A DNA stretch of 56,766 bases, filler included, from Mitosporidium daphniae (lineage: Eukaryota), in NCBI RefSeq assembly GCF_000760515.2. It is 2 parts of 2 records of this genome, joined end to end, with 100 filler letters (N's around TTAATTAATTAA, not from the genome) between each part and the next. Parts side by side here need not be neighbours in the genome. Positions count along the whole stretch, not along the records: positions 1 to 28,393 come from NW_013546179.1; positions 28,494 to 56,766 come from NW_013546167.1. One strand, written 5' to 3'. The notes below the pieces were generated by a model. It was not told the DNA's origin and did not search any database. It saw only the letters and a program-made list of their open reading frames with translations. The first letter of the stretch is position 1. Each line of letters opens with the position of its first letter. The translations under genes were made by a program, and so were the position numbers. This document shows, piece after piece, positions 23,398-33,452 of the stretch.

Positions 23398-23819
23398 AGA
23401 TGGCGATGCCAATTGGGATGTGTGTATCCTTGAATATTTTATTAAAATTTTATGCTTTTTGAATGTCCCACTGAAAAGCCAATCATCAGATTTAAGTAAT
23501 TTCATTTGTGCAACTCGAGAATCCAGGGACACCCTCAATAAGGAAAATGTACGATTGACATCCGCCAATGATTTGAGCCTTTAAAGCAATGGTTCAAGAT
23601 CAATCAAAAATATCTGACCTGCCTTTGACTTGCACCACAACTATAATGCAACTTCTATCCATTATATCTGTTGAGAACAAATGGAACGGTCAAGTAATTT
23701 GATGCAAATTACAAAAGTCCCTAGAATCCCGAGTGAACTCGAACCTTTTACTAATCATCACGAATTTATAATTAAAAAATCCAACTAATTGAAAATTACA
23801 TTTAAATGAAGAGCCCCAT

Positions 23820-24179
23820 TTACTGATTTTGCGATAGATTGATGGTCCATCTTTCTAGATTCCTCAAGGTTGAAATGCGATTCCTGGCCGATACTGTGAT
23901 GGGCTCTTCATTTCGCGATCTTGAAACAGGATACCTTAGCCTCAATTCATTTCTACTTTGTGGCGCATTGATTGGGGGTTGCATTGCATAGCTAGAGCCA
24001 ATAGCATCGTGGCCCTCACATTGATTGAGATATATTTCTAAAGCTGATTTTATCTCAAGGTCGATCGGCGTTATCTTTCCAGAGAGATTGTCCAAAAAAT
24101 AAACCTTCGGGTCGCTTTTAAGTGCATCTAATTGATGGGGAGGAGATGTATTTGTAAATAGGTTTAATGGAACACCCAT
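23820..24179 (-). CDS. Hypothetical protein (119 aa)
   Basis: ATG-started ORF filling a gap in a compact genome; no family recognised. Confidence 0.4.
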   Translation of the reverse strand: MGVPLNLFTNTSPPHQLDALKSDPKVYFLDNLSGKITPIDLEIKSALEIYLNQCEGHDAIGSSYAMQPPINAPQSRNELRLRYPVSRSRNEEPITVSARNRISTLRNLERWTINLSQNQ

Positions 24180-24268
24180 AGAAAGTTATCCATCCGAAAC
24201 TTCATAGCAACTTGAGATGGTTCAAGTTATAAAACTATCATATATAAAATTAATCTGATCCCTTCGTC

Positions 24269-24341
24269 GGTCCCATAGCACAGCGGTAGTTGCGACTCCC
24301 TAGTAAGGAGTAGGTCGTGAGTTCAATCCTCGCTGGGACCT
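24269..24341 (+). tRNA. tRNA-Thr(AGT)
   Basis: Acceptor GGTCCCA/TGGGACC, anticodon arm ACTCC-CTAGTAA-GGAGT, T-loop TTCAATC, then a T8 terminator. Confidence 0.93.
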
Positions 24342-24356
24342 GTTTTTTTTAACTTT

Positions 24357-24906
24357 ATGTTTCTTGAAAACGAAAGCCCTCAAATCAAAGAGTCCCTTAT
24401 TCCGGAGCTGGACTATTCCCTTATCCCAGACGCATACAATGACGATGTCCAAGATGAATTTCTCGTGTTCGAAGTGTTTGGTAATGCATAAATGGCTGCT
24501 TATTCTAGATTTCATTCGAAATATCCGGGATCCAGAGCATCCCCTTTCCTTGGAGCAGCTTAATGTGGTTTCCATGTCCGATATTTTGATCCTAAACGAA
24601 GACAGCTATCGTATGGTGAAGGTGCTGGTTACACCCACAATACCTCATTGCAGTATGGCCACTTTAATTGGACTTTGCGTTATTGTTAAATTGCAGTTCT
24701 CCCTATCGCCGTATTACAAGATTTCTGTGGAAATCAAAAAGGGTACGCATCAATCTGACGAGGCAATCAATAAACAGCTAAATGACAAGGAGAGGGTTGC
24801 CGCTGCCTTGGAAAACAGCCATTTATTCCGCATCGTTAAACAATGCATTTATCCTTCTCCTCCTCCTCCTTCGTCTCCCTCCTCAGTGTCTTCTTGTTGT
24901 AAATAG
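24357..24906 (+). CDS. CIA2: Cytosolic Fe-S assembly component Cia2/FAM96B (28-nt intron 24481-24508)
   Basis: IRDPEHPLSLEQLNVV, TPTIPHCSMATLIGL, NKQLNDKERVAAALEN; spliced N-terminus MFLENESP. Confidence 0.92.
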
Positions 24907-25010
24907 TAATTTATGGGTGGGCCCGATGTACTCAAGAAAGGCTTTTTGAATGGATGGCGGGGCGCCACAACAGCGTGCTTGGAAATAAAATTAATTTATA
25001 CAAAAGGCAA

Positions 25011-25522
25011 TCACTTGAGTGGCAGAAATATGGCAACGTCAATATAATCTCCTTGAATGAAGCGGCCATCATCCAAAGTGCGATTGTCGTCTGGAACTGA
25101 TTCCAGATCCAGCCGAGGTGGGTCCTGGCGAGTGTATGATTTTTTCCCAGGTGCGTTGAACACGGTGCCCAATTCGCGAACCCTGCAACCTCTGGAGTCG
25201 ATGTTTATGATGCGAAATATAAATTTTGCATCAAGTTTCCTGGAGTCCAAGTGGATTTCCTTGATCATGTTGGAAAGCTCCTTGAGGGTGGTGTCTTTCC
25301 TAGCATTGTGTAAAGGATAGCATACCATGCATAAATGACGACTTCATCGCCAACAGGCAATGTTTCTTGAGACAGGAAAGCAGAGACAGAATGAAATCCG
25401 CCTTCTCTGCAATACATGTGGACAAGCATTGGACAGGCCTAGAGATGAAAAGGGGATCGTGATCGTACCGTTTCCCTGTTGATCTTCAAACGCTCAAACT
25501 TGGAGTTTTGACCTGGATTCAT
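25011..25522 (-). CDS. SAP18: Sin3-associated protein SAP18 (2 introns)
   Basis: Spliced INRETACPMLV, IYAWKDTTLKEL, DDNRTLDDGRFIQGDYIDVAI. Confidence 0.88.
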
Positions 25523-25597
25523 GGGCGGTGCGCTGGCTGGCAGATTTTATTTAAAATGTTTGTAAATTCAATTCAATTCAATCCAATCCAATCCAAT

Positions 25598-26837
25598 TTA
25601 CTGCAAAACTTTTGAGAATACAGCGGCAATGGTCTTCACATTGGAGGTGGTGACACCGGCCATGCTCATTCTTCCATCCGACGTCATGTAGATATGGAAT
25701 TCGGTCAAAAGGCGATGACACTGCTCTGGCGTGAGGCCGGTATAGCAGAACATTCCGATTTGGTCAGTAATGTGCTTCCAGGTTCTGCTGGGGGCCAGTT
25801 TTTCAAGCTCTTCACGAAGGGATGTGCGCATAGCGATGATCCTGGCGGTCATTTCTTTCAATTCGGCCTGCCACGATCTTTTCAATTCCTCATTTCCAAG
25901 CACCAGCGACACCAGTCGAGCGCCATGGATTGGCGGAGAGGAATAGATTTTTCTTATTATTAGCTTTAGCTGCGAGACAACAGCTTCCTTTTGGGGTTTT
26001 CCTGAACACCACACAGATAGAGTGCCAACTCTTTCGCCATACATGCCCATGTTCTTGGCATAGCTTTGGGCAACAAGAATCGGACCGGGGGGATCCGTGA
26101 TGAAATGGCGAATTGCAAAGATATCCTTTTCCAAGTCGCCTGTTGCAAATCCTTGATAAGCCAAATCAAAAAACGAGATATGGGCCTTTTGTTTGATAAC
26201 CTCATGAATTAGCCTCCACTGCAGTGGGGATGGGTCCAGTCCCGTTGGGTTATGTCCACAGGCATGCAGCACAACGATGCTGCCAGAAGGGGCGTCCTGA
26301 AGAGCCTTGAGCATGCCCTGCTCGTCTAGCGTGTGAGTGCGCCTGTCGTAATAGGGATACTGTTCAGTTTGGAACTCGAAATTAGTAAAGATGCTTTTGT
26401 GGTTGCTCCAAGACGGATCGGAGATCAGAACTTTTCGTGTTTCTCCGGGCAAAAATTTGGAAAGAAACGAGGCTCCCAAATTCAATGCACCCGTGCCAGA
26501 GATTGACTGGACGATTGCGACCTAAAATGATAAGTCATTTGCATACATTTTGCGTGCAGACATTTTCTCCATAAATCAGCTTTTTTGAGAGCTCGCAAAA
26601 CTCGTCCACCCCACCCATCGGTGCATATTCCTTGAAGGGATATTTTTTGGGGAGAAGCTCCTTTTCGGCCTTTTTGACACAGTCCAAAACAACAGGCGAT
26701 GATTCATCATTTCTATAGGCGCCGATGCTGAGGTTTATTTTTTTTGGATCCGTGTCCCGTTTGTATGCTTCATTGAGCTCCAAGATGGGATCGCATTCGC
26801 CCATCTCAATGTGGCGCCAAGGAGAATCCCAGTCCAT
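25598..26837 (-). CDS. GOT2: Aspartate aminotransferase, mitochondrial (GOT2)-type sequence, 1 intron
   Basis: INLSIGAYR, QSISGTGAL, HACGHNPTGLDP, QSYAKNMGMYGERVG, HITDQIGMFCYTGL, DGRMSMAGV. Confidence 0.9.
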
Positions 26838-27063
26838 TTTTAAAATAAACTCCCAATCCGTAAAATTTTACTTGCAATTTTGGCGACATCAATGCTGCTC
26901 ATGTGTCAGGGCGGTACAACGGAAACAATACCTTAGTTTTATAATAAATTGCCGGAAAAGGTCGAAATCCACTCGGTGCTTGCAGGATCAACCGGATACA
27001 AAACGAAGGAAACGCGTGAGTTTCAAAATATTCACATCCGGATCGATAGTGACAAGTTTGAGT

Positions 27064-28197
27064 TCAGCTACCCAGCCCGGAATTTTTCTTTCTAAAGGTG
27101 ACCTTTATCGCCTGGTCGTATATATCTTCCACTTTAGAGGAGCTCAAATTCGAGGTGTTTTTCCCAATAGAGGATCCAGGAGACCAGCCCAGCTTCCTCA
27201 GCAGGACGTTTCCAACGTTAGACTCGGAAATGGGAGGTGCAGACTCGCCCACAATTTGGCCTGGGCGCAGCCTGGCTTTTGAGGCTTGGGTTTCAAAAGG
27301 CCCGGGCGTTTTTTTTGCTCCTCTTTTTTTCTTGTCAAAATCGACAGCTCCACCAAATAAGCTGTCTCTTTGAAGTTGAATAATATCCGAAAATAGCGAC
27401 GAAATGGCCAATGCTGTGCGTTTCGGAATTGAGGCGTAATTCAGCGGTGTTTTCTCGGTTTTCATAAACACCAATGTCCTAGCAGACTTTGGTCCGTGGC
27501 TTTTGGATTTGCATTGCAAATGGTGAGCGATCTTGTGAAGTTTTTCCCTGGCAGCATTATCAAAAGACGAGGGAAATTCAAATTCACGCGAATTTCTTGC
27601 AAGCCACGAACACAAAATGTCATCTTTGATTTTGTTGATTTGGCTAATCTTTAGGCCGATCGAGCGATTGCAATTGGCTGATTTTGAATTTCCCGATTTT
27701 CTCGGCCTTAACTGAGAAAGGGCAGAGGGATCAAAAATGGTCCCCGACTTTTCAAACCCCGGCATATCATACTGGAGAAACCGGTCTATCTCATCAGACT
27801 CATCACTAGAGTAAGGGGACTCGTACTCGATGGGAAAACCCCCGGGATCATGTTCCTCAGAATCTTGGCCAAAAATAGGCCCAGAAGCAAATATCTGTTG
27901 TAGCGACATATGCTCCACGCAACTGGCCAGAAAGTCATCTGCAGATGTCGAATCATCACAATTCGGTTGTGAATCAACATCGATACCGTATACGTTGGAT
28001 ATGTAATCTTTGATGGCCTCCTTGTCAAAAAACGGATGGTCCGCTTCATTGTCGCTATTGCTGCTGTATGCAAAGGAATTGAGAAAATGAAAATCCGCAT
28101 CAATGCTACTTATATCCACCGCGTTCTTATTGTCTTTCTGCACAGACCGAGGATTCTTGCGCCGTTGCCTTTTCATTTCAGAAGAGGAGGGTGCCAT
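27064..28197 (-). CDS. SQS1: R3H + G-patch protein, Sqs1/Pfa1-like
   Basis: R3H: REKLHKIAHHLQCKSKSHG; G-patch: VGESAPPISESNVGNVLLRKLGWSPG..GLG. Confidence 0.8.
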   Translation of the reverse strand: MAPSSSEMKRQRRKNPRSVQKDNKNAVDISSIDADFHFLNSFAYSSNSDNEADHPFFDKEAIKDYISNVYGIDVDSQPNCDDSTSADDFLASCVEHMSLQQIFASGPIFGQDSEEHDPGGFPIEYESPYSSDESDEIDRFLQYDMPGFEKSGTIFDPSALSQLRPRKSGNSKSANCNRSIGLKISQINKIKDDILCSWLARNSREFEFPSSFDNAAREKLHKIAHHLQCKSKSHGPKSARTLVFMKTEKTPLNYASIPKRTALAISSLFSDIIQLQRDSLFGGAVDFDKKKRGAKKTPGPFETQASKARLRPGQIVGESAPPISESNVGNVLLRKLGWSPGSSIGKNTSNLSSSKVEDIYDQAIKVTFRKKNSGLGS

Positions 28198-28393
28198 TTG
28201 TTGGTCAAATATTAAAATTAGCCCCTTTTAAACTTTATTACATTTTCAATAAACTCGACCATATCTTCGTCTGCCCTATTAGAATCGAGCTGTATGGTAC
28301 CTTTGCAAAGCAATGGAGCGGGCCCATTTTTAGGGAGCTCTTGCGCTCCAATGTTTTGCTGTGTTTGGAGGAATAGGTGGCGGGTAGCTTTAT

Positions 28394-28493
28394 NNNNNNN
28401 NNNNNNNNNNNNNNNNNNNNNNNNNNNNNNNNNNNNNTTAATTAATTAANNNNNNNNNNNNNNNNNNNNNNNNNNNNNNNNNNNNNNNNNNNN
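28394..28493. other. Artificial 100-bp scaffold linker (N44-TTAATTAATTAA-N44)
   Basis: All-frame stop cassette centred in an N run. Confidence 0.95.

Positions 28494-28555
<62 letters not shown>
28494..28555. repeat. (CTCCTG)n hexamer microsatellite encoding (GA)n, running into the gap
   Basis: About 10 perfect copies. Confidence 0.95.
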
Positions 28556-28557
<2 letters not shown>

Positions 28558-30799
28558 CCCATTGGTAGCCAGCCCAGAGGGACTGTAAGACTGCTCAAGA
28601 ACAGTATTAGATATCTGATATCTTTTCGTGTCATCGTTTGATGTTGGCGGTCTTTGCTGCATTGCATAAGGGGGTGCTCCGGATGGTGAAGATGAATCAA
28701 CTTGGTCTTTCAAGTTCTTGATTTCTAACCTGAGATTCTCAATGACAAGGTCCGTTTCTGTTCGCTTACTCTCTGTAGCTTTCATCAGCTTGTCGATCTC
28801 GGAAGCTCGCTTTTCAGCAATCACTGCTCTCTCGACAGCTGAAATCATTTCCTTTTGAGCACTTGTCAGCTCCGCTTTATATTGAGATTCCCTCTTCCAA
28901 TTACGAAGAGAACTGGGCTGTAAAGAGGATGAAGATGAAAGCTGAGCAGAAATGGAATCCCCTGTAAAGATAAAAGTAGGCGGTGTAATCGCGGTTTGGT
29001 CTGCATTCGTAAAAGGTAGAGGTGGCTGGGTATTTGGAATTGCAGACACGTTGTTAGCGGGTGCCGTAGAAACATTGGGATTTGTCGAGGCAGCTGATTC
29101 TGATGGTGGTATCTGAGCTTGCGGTTGCTGCTGCTGCTGCTGCTGATTTATATTGGCCTGGTCGGAGTTATGTTGTTTGATTCTTCTAACCGACGCAATC
29201 TCCATAGCAAAGGGAAAGTTCTGATGAAAATTTCGAATTTGCCTATTAAGCAGAGCTATTAGATGGCTCCGGTATAGATCAGGTATAATTTGTTCGTCAA
29301 TCATTTCGGAGACAACTTCTTCGACCGTATCGGTTTCCAAGTTGTATTCAAACCTGAACGAGGTGGACTCTGGGTTCCTTAAAATTACTTGAAGAGTGAT
29401 CGAAAATCTGGCCTCATCAACGCCTAAAAGCACAAGTTCAGGCTCGCAAACAAAAAAGGGATGTTCAAGAATCTCGCGAACAGATATTCTTTCCGATTCT
29501 TCTGCAATGCACTTTTGAATCAATGAAAGTATCATTTCATCTGCAACACGAGACAAACACTCTGGCTTAACCCCAGAAGATACCTTTTTGTATATCTGTG
29601 CGGCATTTTTGCATTCGGAATACGGATACTCGGCAGTTACCATTTCCAGAAGACACATGCCAAAAGCATAAACATCGACTTTTTCGGAATATCCCCTTTC
29701 GTCATACATCTCAGGAGCCATAAATTCGGGGGTACCAATGACGGTATACTTTTTTCCCACTTTCATCTTGGCAGTGCCCATGTCGCCTATTTTGACTTCA
29801 CCGTGAGCTCCATTAATAAAGATATTGTCGCATTTGATGTCCCGGTGAATGATTGGCGGGCTATGTGAGTGCAGATACAAAAGCCCATTTAAAATTTGTC
29901 TTGTCCATGAACGGACAATTTTTAAACACGGCTTTTTAAGCTTTTGAATATACCTAGAATGTAAAAATAAAATTTAGAAAGCGGAAAGATAAAGTTTAGA
30001 AAGCTGAAACATAAAAATTGAATTCGCAAGCTTTAAAAAAGCGGTAAAATTAGTCAGACTTACTCTCGAAGTGTCCCGGATGTAATTAATTCAGTGATAA
30101 ACACAAACTCTCCATTGTTATACCAGGCATCGCGAAAGGTAATTATATTGGGATGTCGGACCTGCTTTAAGATTTCAATCTCCTGGGAAAACTCTGTAGA
30201 TTCTTGCTTGGATGTTTGGAAGCAATTCCAGGCAACCTCATAGCCGTCCTTAAAATCTAGAGCTTTCCACACAACTTTATAAGCTCCCTTTCCAAGGATC
30301 ACGTTTAGCTATACAATAAATGCTTTCGAATTCATACCTTTCCATATTTCCCGGTGGGATCGTACTCGATTACCCGTTCATCATCAATATGAGCATGATA
30401 TGTTTGGGAATCGTCAGAAGAACCGTTGGTTGGCTTTTTCGAGATAGCAGCAGTACAAGAAGATTGGGAAGTAAGTGTGCTAACCTGTGGGGATTGCTGC
30501 ATGGGCATTGATTGATGCAGCTGTATTTGATTTGGCGAGCCTGGTGTCGCTCCAGGAAAGCTCCCAGAACAGGTAAGAGCATTTTGAGAAGTAAGTGATA
30601 GTTGAGGAGATGTACTAGCCAATTGCGGTGAGGAGATGTTTGAAGAGTTTGATGAAGTTGATGAAGTTGATGAAGTTGAGGTCTCCAAAGGCGAGCCTGA
30701 TGCGTTGTCGACAAGGAAGGAAGAAAAAGGTACATCTGCATTTCCGGCTATAGGAAATTGTGCTTTCGAAGGTAAAGAGGTAGTTGTAATCGTATCCAT
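28494..30799 (-). CDS. WNK: WNK (With No lysine) kinase, 3' end truncated by the gap; introns near 30309-30337 and 29954-30063
   Basis: GKGAYKVV with Lys in subdomain [62 protein letters not shown]-like domain after the kinase. Confidence 0.9.
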
Positions 30800-31051
30800 T
30801 ATCAAATAAATTAATAGGTAATGGACAGGCAAATTCCCATATGATGTTCAAACAGAAAACGGGTACTTTTAGATGCTAAGTTTAATGGGGAAATGAAACA
30901 AAACAAACCAAATAAAAAAATTATATTCTGATTTTATTTGATTCGACACCGTTGTGGTGCAATAAAAAATTCCCCAAGTATTAAGGATTTCAAAATTTAA
31001 TCCAACATTTAATTCAAAATTTAATCCAACATTTAATCCCCTTTTTCAAAA

Positions 31052-33313
31052 ATGCGAGCTTCATCAATACTTTTCCCATCCATCAAAGCTTTTTCGTTCT
31101 CAAGCATTCGCTGGATTCAACGCAATCCTTCTTTTCGATCCCGATTTCTAAATTACTCAGCAGAAAGGGCTATGAGCGCAGCGAATGGCAAAGAGGAGTG
31201 TGTCGACTCCAGTAGCCCGCAAAAGCGTACCTTCAAAGCAGAGACTAAGCGTCTATTGCAAATAGTTGCCGATTCATTATATTCTGAAAAGGAGGTTTTT
31301 GTAAGAGAGCTTTTGAGTAACTCTGCTGATGCATGCGAAAAGCTAAAGTACTTCAGGCTAACCGAGCCGGATTCTGTCAAGATGTCTTTGGATACGGATC
31401 TTTCTATCTCGATTAGGCTTGATTCTGAGAAAAATCAATTTATCCTCGAAGATAAGGGCATAGGGATGGACTTGCATGAGCTTGATTCCAATTTGGGAAC
31501 CATTGCTCTTTCTGGGGCGACTTCATTCTTGTCGTCAAAGCTGGTCAATTCGTCGTCAACTGAAGTGAAAAATTCGATCATCGGTCAATTTGGTGTTGGA
31601 TTTTATTCCGCTTTTACCGTTGGAAAACGTATCGACGTTTATAGCAAAAGCGCGAAGGCTTCATCATCGGACTTGGTTAATGTTTGGAGCTGCGAAAATG
31701 GCGACCCCGAGTATTCGTTGTATACAATTTCTCCGGATCACCAAGATCTGGACGGATTTACCTTTGGCACAAGAATTGTTGTCCATTTGAAGGAGGAAGA
31801 ATCAAAGTACGCGTCTGAAAAGGTTGTCCAAGATCTTATCAAGAAGTATTCCAACTTCCTGTCTTTTCCAATCTCGCTGAACGGAGTGGCTGTCAACACG
31901 CTTTCGCCCCTTTGGATGCTTCCAAAAGCCGAAATAACGGAGCATCAATACAAAGAGTTTTTCAACCACATATCTGGACCTGAAAGCTCTTCCGAGTCCT
32001 ACAAGTACGTGCTCCATTATTCCACAGATGCTCCGGTGCAAATGAGATGCATCTTATTTGTGCCGAAGGATATCTCTTCCGTTCCATACAATCAAACTCC
32101 CGAGCAAGAAGCCCCTAAAATGAGCCTCTATTGTAAAAAAGTGCTGATCAAAGGAAAAACGGCCGATCTGCTGCCCCCTTGGCTCTCCTTTATCCGCGGA
32201 GTTGTTGACTCTGAGGATATTCCATTGAATCTTTCCAGGGAATTGCTTCAAAACTCCGTTTTATTATCCAAAATACGTAAAACATTGACAGCAAGGGTCA
32301 TTAAATGGCTTCTGGAGGAGCAGCGTGCAAGCCCATCCGACTTTTCTCGCTTCTATCGCAAAATTTCGCCCTACATCAAAGGCGGAGTTATGAGTGAAGA
32401 TAAAAAAGAAGTATCCCAATTGATGATGTTTGAAACCTCTAAGCCACCCGCTCCTGAAGGCAGTGACGCCCCAGATTCTGCTTCCAATGCCAAGGACGAC
32501 ACGCAAGGCAGCATTCTGACATCCTTAAAGTCCTATGTGAGCAGAATGCCAAGCGATCAAAAGGACATTTACATATGCTTAGCTAAAAATAGAAATGCGG
32601 CCCTAGCCTCTCCATACTATGAGCCATTCAAGCGTCGCGGAATTGAAGTCCTGTTCTCTTATGACCCATTGGATGAATTTCTAATCCCTTCCCTTGAAGG
32701 TCTGGTTGATGGAAAGTCTGTCAAACGAATTGAAGATGTGAAGCTCTCAACCGACCCAGAATCGCAAGCTGGCGATCCTTTAAACGAGGCCAAATTGTCC
32801 GATGCTCAAATAAGCGAGTTGGTTGTGTTTTTGAAAAAAGTGTTCCCATCTACTGTGGTTCAGAACATCAAGGCCTCCAACAGATTCCCCAGCCATCCGG
32901 CACTTTTTGTCGATCATGCCTTGCAATCCACCACCTTCAAGTATTTTAAGCAAATGATGGCCCTTCAATCATCTGGTGACACATCGGGAGAGCTATTCTC
33001 CACGGTTCCCCCGCTTGATTTGGAAATTAACCCGGACCATCCATTGATCAGAAACCTATTTGCTTTGCATACCAAAAATTCTGCCTTGGCTACAAAGATT
33101 TCCCTTCAGATTTTAGACAATGCCCGTCTAGAAGCTGGTCTTCTTGAGGACGCTCATGAAATGGTTTTAAGAGTCTCTTCTCTTTTAGAAGATTTAACTG
33201 GCTCGGCCTCCATGATGCAGCCTGTTGATCCTGTTGTGGAGGTCCTCGAAGGTGAAACCATAAAAACGGATAAACCTGACAGTGCCAACAAGATCGAAGC
33301 TAGCGTACATTAA
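31052..33313 (+). CDS. TRAP1: Mitochondrial Hsp90 paralog TRAP1/Hsp75
   Basis: Presequence; FKAETKRLLQIVADSLYSEKEVFVRELLSNSADA, IGQFGVGFYSAF, DSEDIPLNLSRELLQ, SPYYE; no MEEVD tail. Confidence 0.93.
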   Translation: MRASSILFPSIKAFSFSSIRWIQRNPSFRSRFLNYSAERAMSAANGKEECVDSSSPQKRTFKAETKRLLQIVADSLYSEKEVFVRELLSNSADACEKLKYFRLTEPDSVKMSLDTDLSISIRLDSEKNQFILEDKGIGMDLHELDSNLGTIALSGATSFLSSKLVNSSSTEVKNSIIGQFGVGFYSAFTVGKRIDVYSKSAKASSSDLVNVWSCENGDPEYSLYTISPDHQDLDGFTFGTRIVVHLKEEESKYASEKVVQDLIKKYSNFLSFPISLNGVAVNTLSPLWMLPKAEITEHQYKEFFNHISGPESSSESYKYVLHYSTDAPVQMRCILFVPKDISSVPYNQTPEQEAPKMSLYCKKVLIKGKTADLLPPWLSFIRGVVDSEDIPLNLSRELLQNSVLLSKIRKTLTARVIKWLLEEQRASPSDFSRFYRKISPYIKGGVMSEDKKEVSQLMMFETSKPPAPEGSDAPDSASNAKDDTQGSILTSLKSYVSRMPSDQKDIYICLAKNRNAALASPYYEPFKRRGIEVLFSYDPLDEFLIPSLEGLVDGKSVKRIEDVKLSTDPESQAGDPLNEAKLSDAQISELVVFLKKVFPSTVVQNIKASNRFPSHPALFVDHALQSTTFKYFKQMMALQSSGDTSGELFSTVPPLDLEINPDHPLIRNLFALHTKNSALATKISLQILDNARLEAGLLEDAHEMVLRVSSLLEDLTGSASMMQPVDPVVEVLEGETIKTDKPDSANKIEASVH

Positions 33314-33362
33314 ACTTTATAAATTTATTACAAATCAAAACATTAAAGTTTGGGGTCACCCT

Positions 33363-33423
33363 GCTGTAAATGGAAATTCATCGAGTTTGATAATGCCGCT
33401 GTAAATGGAAATTCATCGAGTTT
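33363..33423. repeat. 26-bp direct repeat, 2 copies, in a convergent spacer
   Basis: GCTGTAAATGGAAATTCATCGAGTTT at about 33363 and 33398. Confidence 0.85.
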
Positions 33424-33452
33424 TATAAATTTTTACGGATCAATCGACCATT

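Noticed and set aside
24269..24341. Suppressor or mis-identity tRNA (CTAG in loop, Gln-like acceptor)
   Set aside because: The 7-nt loop CTAGTAA centres on AGT, a normal Thr anticodon loop, with U73
28394..28493. TTAATTAATTAA as a biological motif or the WNK stop codon
   Set aside because: Synthetic linker inside the N run; adjacency of the two sides is unproven
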